A stretch of 62,225 nt of DNA from Bacteroides sp. (lineage in GTDB: Bacteria; Bacteroidota; Bacteroidia; Bacteroidales; GCA-2748055). Made by a program: the position numbers and the translations under genes. Of the stretch, positions 58,152-62,225 are shown piece after piece (the first letter of the stretch is position 1; the number at the start of each line of letters is the position of its first letter). The stretch is taken from positions 1 through 62,225 of the forward strand of contig DSEO01000260.1 in assembly GCA_011056635.1 (NCBI GenBank). The letters run 5' to 3'. The notes under the pieces were generated by a model. The model ran no database searches, was not told the DNA's origin, and was given only the letters and a program-made list of their open reading frames with translations.

Positions 58152-59111
58152 TTACCGGATTTGCTTACTCACTGCGTTCTCAAGCCGGATCATATCTTCC
58201 GTGAACCTTCGGATCCCTTCGGAAAGCTTTTCCACAGCCATGGGATCTTCATTATGCATCCATCTGAATTCCTTCTCATCCAGGGATATTTTCTTCAGAT
58301 CCATCTCTTTCGATGCTTCCGGAGAAAGCTTCCGCTCCAGTGGCGCTTCGGTTCTTTCAAGTTCACCGAGGAGCTGGGGGGAAATTGTCAGCAGATCACA
58401 CCCAGCCAGTTCAATGATCTCTTCGGTATTCCTGAAGGATGCACCCATGACCTCGGTCCTGTACCCGAACTTTTTATAATAATGATAGATGTTTTGCACC
58501 GAATGGACTCCGGGATCCTCAGGTCCGGGAATGTGGTCCACTCCCCGCTCTTTCTTGTGCCAGTCATAGATCCTGCCCACAAAGGGAGAGATGAGCTGCA
58601 CACCTGCCTCGGCACAGCCAATGGCCTGCGCCATGCTGAACAGGAGCGTGAGATTACAATGGATCCCTTCCTTTTCAAGCTCGCGGGCTGCAACCACCCC
58701 TTCCCATGTGGCGGCTACCTTGATCAGTATTTTTTCCCTGGAGATCCCGTGATCCTCATACATCCCGATCAGCTTTCTTGCTTTATCCATGCTTCCGGCA
58801 GAATCAAAAGATAAGCGTGCGTCCACCTCGGTGGATACCCGGCGAGGCACGATCTTCAGGATCTCCAGTCCGAAAGCCACTGCAAGCATATCCATGGTCC
58901 CGGAAATCTGCTGTTCCGCAGTTTTCCCCGATTTCCTGCCATAGTCAACGGCCTGTGCAATCAGGTGTGCATATTCGCTTTTCTGGGCGGCCGCATAAAT
59001 CAGTGAGGGATTGGTGGTGGCATCCACCGGATGATAGGCTTTCATGGTCTCGAAATCACCGGTATCGGCCACAACCTGGGTGAATTGTTTTAATTGCTCC
59101 AGTAAGTTCAT
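58152..59111 (-). CDS. tal: Transaldolase (class I, TalB type)
   Basis: N-terminus [35 protein letters not shown] and Schiff-base Lys region ([11 protein letters not shown]). Confidence 0.9.
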   Translation of the reverse strand: MNLLEQLKQFTQVVADTGDFETMKAYHPVDATTNPSLIYAAAQKSEYAHLIAQAVDYGRKSGKTAEQQISGTMDMLAVAFGLEILKIVPRRVSTEVDARLSFDSAGSMDKARKLIGMYEDHGISREKILIKVAATWEGVVAARELEKEGIHCNLTLLFSMAQAIGCAEAGVQLISPFVGRIYDWHKKERGVDHIPGPEDPGVHSVQNIYHYYKKFGYRTEVMGASFRNTEEIIELAGCDLLTISPQLLGELERTEAPLERKLSPEASKEMDLKKISLDEKEFRWMHNEDPMAVEKLSEGIRRFTEDMIRLENAVSKQIR

Positions 59112-59138
59112 ATACAGTTAATTAATCGATGTTGAGGA

Positions 59139-59280
59139 TGTCTCAAAAGGTTCGTCTTTGGTTGGTCAGACATACCCCTTCGTCGCTGAAAATTCTTGCT
59201 GCGCAAGTATTTGTAGGCTTTCTCAGGGGTATGTCTGGCCCTGGAAATTGCCGTATATCGACCTTTTGAGACACCCTCGA
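59139..59280 (+). repeat. 142-bp nested-palindromic intergenic element, copy 2
   Basis: Same length and orientation as 35122-35263. Perfect 13-bp termini TGTCTCAAAAGGT / ACCTTTTGAGACA. Lies between the transaldolase start and the upstream gene stop. Confidence 0.85.
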
Positions 59281-59332
59281 GTCAATGAATCGTTAAAGAT
59301 AATAAAAAGTCGCGCCCGGGAAAGGGTGGGCA

Positions 59333-59929
59333 TCACTTTAGGTACTGATCAAATTCTCTGAGAAGCTCCTGGGTGGAAATGACGGTGGCATAAGTACCCT
59401 CGAGGGTTTTTATGGTGGAGTAATGCACGTTCTTGGCAGGTATGATGTGCACTTCATACTGAAGGGCCCTGGTGGCACATGCATCTGCAACCAGGAAACA
59501 GCAGAAGCCGAGATCGTGTGCGGCCCTGACAGCCGCCTCCACGCAAAGATGGGTCTGCATTCCGCAGATAACCAGCTGCTCAATGCTGTCGGCCTGAAGG
59601 ATCCCGAGCAGGCCGGTTCCCAGGAACGGATTCACCTGATCTTTCGAGATCACCATTTCCCCGGGTATGGGCCGCACATAGCTGTGGATATCCCCGCCCG
59701 ATGCTGTATTGTGCCTGACATGGTAAACCTTCATACCTTCTTCCCTGAATTGCTCCAGCAACAATCCTGCGTTCATGCCTGCCATATCCGCATTTTCCAG
59801 TTGCAGGTTCCCGCCGGGGAAATAAAAATCCTGGATGTCGACCAGCAGAAGCGCCGATCGCTGGCCATACAGTGCATGGTCCCAGGGAAGCAGGAACAGG
59901 ATCAGGAGTAACAGGGATCCAACTCTCAT
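59333..59929 (-). CDS. Secreted isochorismatase-family cysteine hydrolase
   Basis: Signal peptide (MRVGSLLLLILFLLPW), ALLLVDIQDFYF, and catalytic Cys region ICGMQTHLCVEAAV. Confidence 0.7.
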   Translation of the reverse strand: MRVGSLLLLILFLLPWDHALYGQRSALLLVDIQDFYFPGGNLQLENADMAGMNAGLLLEQFREEGMKVYHVRHNTASGGDIHSYVRPIPGEMVISKDQVNPFLGTGLLGILQADSIEQLVICGMQTHLCVEAAVRAAHDLGFCCFLVADACATRALQYEVHIIPAKNVHYSTIKTLEGTYATVISTQELLREFDQYLK

Positions 59930-60157
59930 ACGTGAAAAAGTCAGATTACTTGATATCGTACGGAACGCAATTTAAGGAATTGAGAAGAATCAGGCAAGTT
60001 GACAGAAGATCATTATCCCACCGATCATTTATTGGGTCGATATATAATTTTATATTATTTTATACATACCCCCCTTATTTTTTGACTGACCGATTAAAAA
60101 TGCATGCTATTTTTAAATATTACCCCTCTTATAATAAGGGTTTGTAAATTATTTTCA

Positions 60158-60165
60158 TACTTTTG
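60158..60165 (+). promoter_or_regulatory. Candidate -7 box (TACTTTTG)
   Basis: Matches TAnnTTTG in an AT-rich gap, 41 nt upstream of ATG 60206. Confidence 0.35.
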
Positions 60166-60205
60166 CGAAGATATGTTATATGCTTCTCTAAAAAAAATTA
60201 CAGAC

Positions 60206-60895
60206 ATGAAAAGAAGATTTCCACGTATGTCCCTGCTGACAATTCTGGTTGCAAACATGCTCCTGCTTTCTCCGGTAACATCAGCCCAGGAGGAGGGGAC
60301 TTCCCCGTTCAGCGCCGGGGCGGACCTGGTGAGCAGCTATGTGTGGCGGGGGACCAGATTCGGGACCGGTCCGGCCATCCAGCCCTATGTGGAAATGAGC
60401 AAGGGCAATTTTTCAGTGGGTTCCTGGGGCTCATACTGTTTCACCACCAATGAAGCGGCAGAAGCAGATCTGTATCTCTCCTATGCGTTCGGTTTCGGAT
60501 TGAGTCTCGGACTGACCGATTACTATTTTCCCGGACTGGATTATTTTGATTTCACGGATTCCACCGGCGCCCACAGCCTGGAAATCAGTGCGGGCTATAC
60601 CAGCGGCGGACTTTCCCTGGATGCCGGATATATCATCAATGAGGCTGGTGGAGCGGGAAGCTCCGGAGGAGATCTCTATTTCGAAGCGGGATATGCATTC
60701 GCGTCGTTCGGGATCGTGCTGGGTGCCGGGAATGGATGGTATACAGCAGACGGTAAATTTTCCATCTGTAATATCGGGATCACCACATCCAGGGAAATCA
60801 GGATCACAGACACATTCACGCTGCCGCTAAACGGTGCGGTCATTCTCAATCCGGATACCGGACAGTTCCATGTGGTAGTGGGAATATCATTGTAA
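60206..60895 (+). CDS. Hypothetical outer-membrane beta-barrel protein
   Basis: Signal peptide MKRRFPRMSLLTILVANMLLLSPVTSAQ. Gly/aromatic-rich alternating strands (SSYVWRGTRFG, DLYLSYAFGFG, LYFEAGYAF). Confidence 0.55.
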   Translation: MKRRFPRMSLLTILVANMLLLSPVTSAQEEGTSPFSAGADLVSSYVWRGTRFGTGPAIQPYVEMSKGNFSVGSWGSYCFTTNEAAEADLYLSYAFGFGLSLGLTDYYFPGLDYFDFTDSTGAHSLEISAGYTSGGLSLDAGYIINEAGGAGSSGGDLYFEAGYAFASFGIVLGAGNGWYTADGKFSICNIGITTSREIRITDTFTLPLNGAVILNPDTGQFHVVVGISL

Positions 60896-60993
60896 TTCTG
60901 TAAATACTTTCAATCTATAAGTTATTAACAATTATTTCTTATTAAAATATAGTTAAAGCCCCTAAATTTGTTTTGATTCGTAATATTTATATG

Positions 60994-61001
60994 TATATTT
61001 G
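60994..61001 (+). promoter_or_regulatory. Candidate -7 box (TATATTTG) upstream of the gltB leader
   Basis: Matches TAnnTTTG. A second match, TAAATTTG, sits at 60963-60970. Both lie in the AT-rich gap upstream of gltB. Confidence 0.3.
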
Positions 61002-61103
61002 TCCGCAACAACCATTGTATGAAGACAGAACCTATCAGAGCGGGGAAAGAAAGGTCCGGAAGGATGCTGTTGTCGGGGTAGAATGGTATGAACTGCACGA
61101 TTC

Positions 61104-61141
61104 AAAACCGTTCTCCCGTGAATCCAGAGAACGGTTTTTTT
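61104..61141 (+). terminator. Intrinsic terminator-type hairpin in the gltB 5' leader
   Basis: AAAACCGTTCTC - 11-nt loop - GAGAACGGTTTT followed by TTT. This is a perfect 12-bp stem with a U-tract, ending 28 nt before the gltB ATG. Confidence 0.6.
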
Positions 61142-61168
61142 GTGATGGTGCTTTAAAAAATCAATCCG

Positions 61169-62225
61169 ATGAGAAGAATAAGACCTGATCGGGACGGTTT
61201 GTACAGGTCCGGGTTCGAACATGACAGCTGCGGGATCGGTTTCGTGGTGCATCTGAAGGGAAAAAGAACACACGAGATCATCCGGCGGGGACTGGAAACC
61301 CTTGTGAATATGAAACACCGCGGTGCGGAAGGTTCCGATTCCAAAACGGGAGATGGTGCGGGTATCATGATCCAGATCCCCAGGGATTTTTACCTCCTCC
61401 AGGGTTATTCCATCCCTCCGGAGGGTCAGTTCGGTACCGGACTGGTTTTCCTGCCCGGAGAACCTGCGGAAGCAAAGCAATGTGAGGAGATCCTGGTGCA
61501 GCTGGTTCATGATGAAGGGGTCCGGTTCATCGGTTTCAGGGACGTGCCCAGGGATAACAGTGTCATCGGGGATATTGCCCGGAATTCGGAACCCGTGATC
61601 AGGCAGATCCTCCTGGGAGCCGATCTGGCCCGGGAAGAGCTGGAACGCAGACTTTACATCATCCGCAAAAGAGCCGAAAAATACGTGGCGGCCTCCAGTT
61701 TGACACAGAAGGCCGTTTTCTACCTGCCGAGCCTCTCCACCAGGATCCTGATTTATAAGGGAATGCTTACCTCTGAACAGCTGGGGGAATATTTTCTCGA
61801 TCTGCAGGATCCCAGGATCCAGAGTGCCATTGCCCTGGTGCACTCAAGGTTCAGCACCAACACATTTCCCAGCTGGGATCTGGCCCAGCCTTTCCGCATG
61901 CTGGCCCATAACGGGGAGATCAACACGGTGAAGGGTAACCGTTTCTGGATGGAAGCCAGGGAATCGATCCTCAAATCCGATATACTGGGAGACCTGGGCA
62001 GGATCTACCCGGTGATCGAACCTGAAAAGAGCGATTCTGCCTCTCTTGACAATGTGCTGGAGTTCCTGGTGATGAGCGGCAAATCCCTGCCCTATGCCAT
62101 GTCCGTGCTTATTCCCGAATCCTGGAACGATAAAAATCCCATTTCTCCGGAGCTGAAAGCTTTCTACCAGTACCACTCCACTTTCATGGAACCCTGGGAT
62201 GGTCCTGCCTCCCTGGTTTTCAGTG
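61169..62225 (+). CDS. gltB: Glutamate synthase large subunit, N-terminal (Ntn amidotransferase) part, truncated by the window end
   Basis: MRRIRPDRDGLYRSGFEHDSCGIGFVVHLKG (catalytic Cys) and VHSRFSTNTFPSWDLAQPFRMLAHNGEINTVKGN. The frame stays open to the window edge, so it is absent from the ORF track; the minus-strand ORFs here are shadows. Confidence 0.9.
   Translation, partial: MRRIRPDRDGLYRSGFEHDSCGIGFVVHLKGKRTHEIIRRGLETLVNMKHRGAEGSDSKTGDGAGIMIQIPRDFYLLQGYSIPPEGQFGTGLVFLPGEPAEAKQCEEILVQLVHDEGVRFIGFRDVPRDNSVIGDIARNSEPVIRQILLGADLAREELERRLYIIRKRAEKYVAASSLTQKAVFYLPSLSTRILIYKGMLTSEQLGEYFLDLQDPRIQSAIALVHSRFSTNTFPSWDLAQPFRMLAHNGEINTVKGNRFWMEARESILKSDILGDLGRIYPVIEPEKSDSASLDNVLEFLVMSGKSLPYAMSVLIPESWNDKNPISPELKAFYQYHSTFMEPWDGPASLVFS

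Noticed and set aside
55051-59111. Possible sulfoquinovose (sulfo-TAL / sulfo-EMP-like) pathway from the transaldolase + isomerase + PfkB kinase + aldo-keto reductase operon
   Set aside because: There is no sulfoquinovosidase (GH31), sulfonate exporter or sulfolactaldehyde enzyme. The SIS protein matches the arabinose-5-phosphate isomerase signature and the transaldolase looks like housekeeping TalB. Ordinary pentose-phosphate / Kdo metabolism is the simpler reading.

Overview
This 62.2-kb segment looks like a chromosomal piece of a Bacteroidota genome. The evidence is a T9SS-type C-terminal sorting tail on a secreted peptidase, TAnnTTTG-type -7 promoter boxes, an Mmd-type Na+-pumping decarboxylase operon, and many secreted peptidases and glycosidases. 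About 55 protein genes are densely packed, with frequent ATGA/TAATG start-stop overlaps and convergent genes that abut or overlap. I found no rRNA, tRNA, CRISPR array, integrase or transposase. Gene blocks in order: (1) ECF sigma / anti-sigma / DUF4097-like module; (2) citrate lyase (citF plus a fused citD-citE) next to a methylmalonyl-CoA epimerase and Na+-translocating decarboxylase operon; (3) GH3-serine hydrolase fusion, C1 peptidase, OmpA/TPR protein, queE; (4) ApbE with a TAT-signal Gfo/Idh/MocA oxidoreductase; (5) a GT2-GT39-PAP2 envelope-lipid remodelling cassette; (6) galK, GH3, M1 peptidase, galM; (7) a bacteriocin-type export locus; (8) a co-directional array from 36.1 to 45.8 kb holding a LolA-like / YidD-like / 2x TPR-membrane cluster, then an aromatic-amino-acid decarboxylase, methyltransferase, P-loop NTPase, MDR reductase, amylase and amidohydrolase; (9) DPP-IV, a CHAD protein plus partner, aldo-keto reductases, a second M1 peptidase, a tal / arabinose-5-P isomerase / kinase operon, and the 5' part of gltB. 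The most accessory-looking part, and my best candidate for a discrete system, is 31.2-35.3 kb. It holds two unrelated double-glycine-leader peptides, an unannotated 40-codon membrane ORF translationally coupled to HlyD, and a C39-peptidase ABC exporter, bounded at its 3' side by a 142-bp nested-palindromic element that recurs at 59.1 kb. This locus belongs to a known class (class II bacteriocin export), so the possible novelty lies in the peptides and the small ORF. Other unexplained noncoding structure: a tandem ~160-nt duplicated unit at the left edge, and a perfect intrinsic-terminator hairpin 28 nt upstream of gltB. All functional calls come from motif recognition by eye, since no database search was possible.
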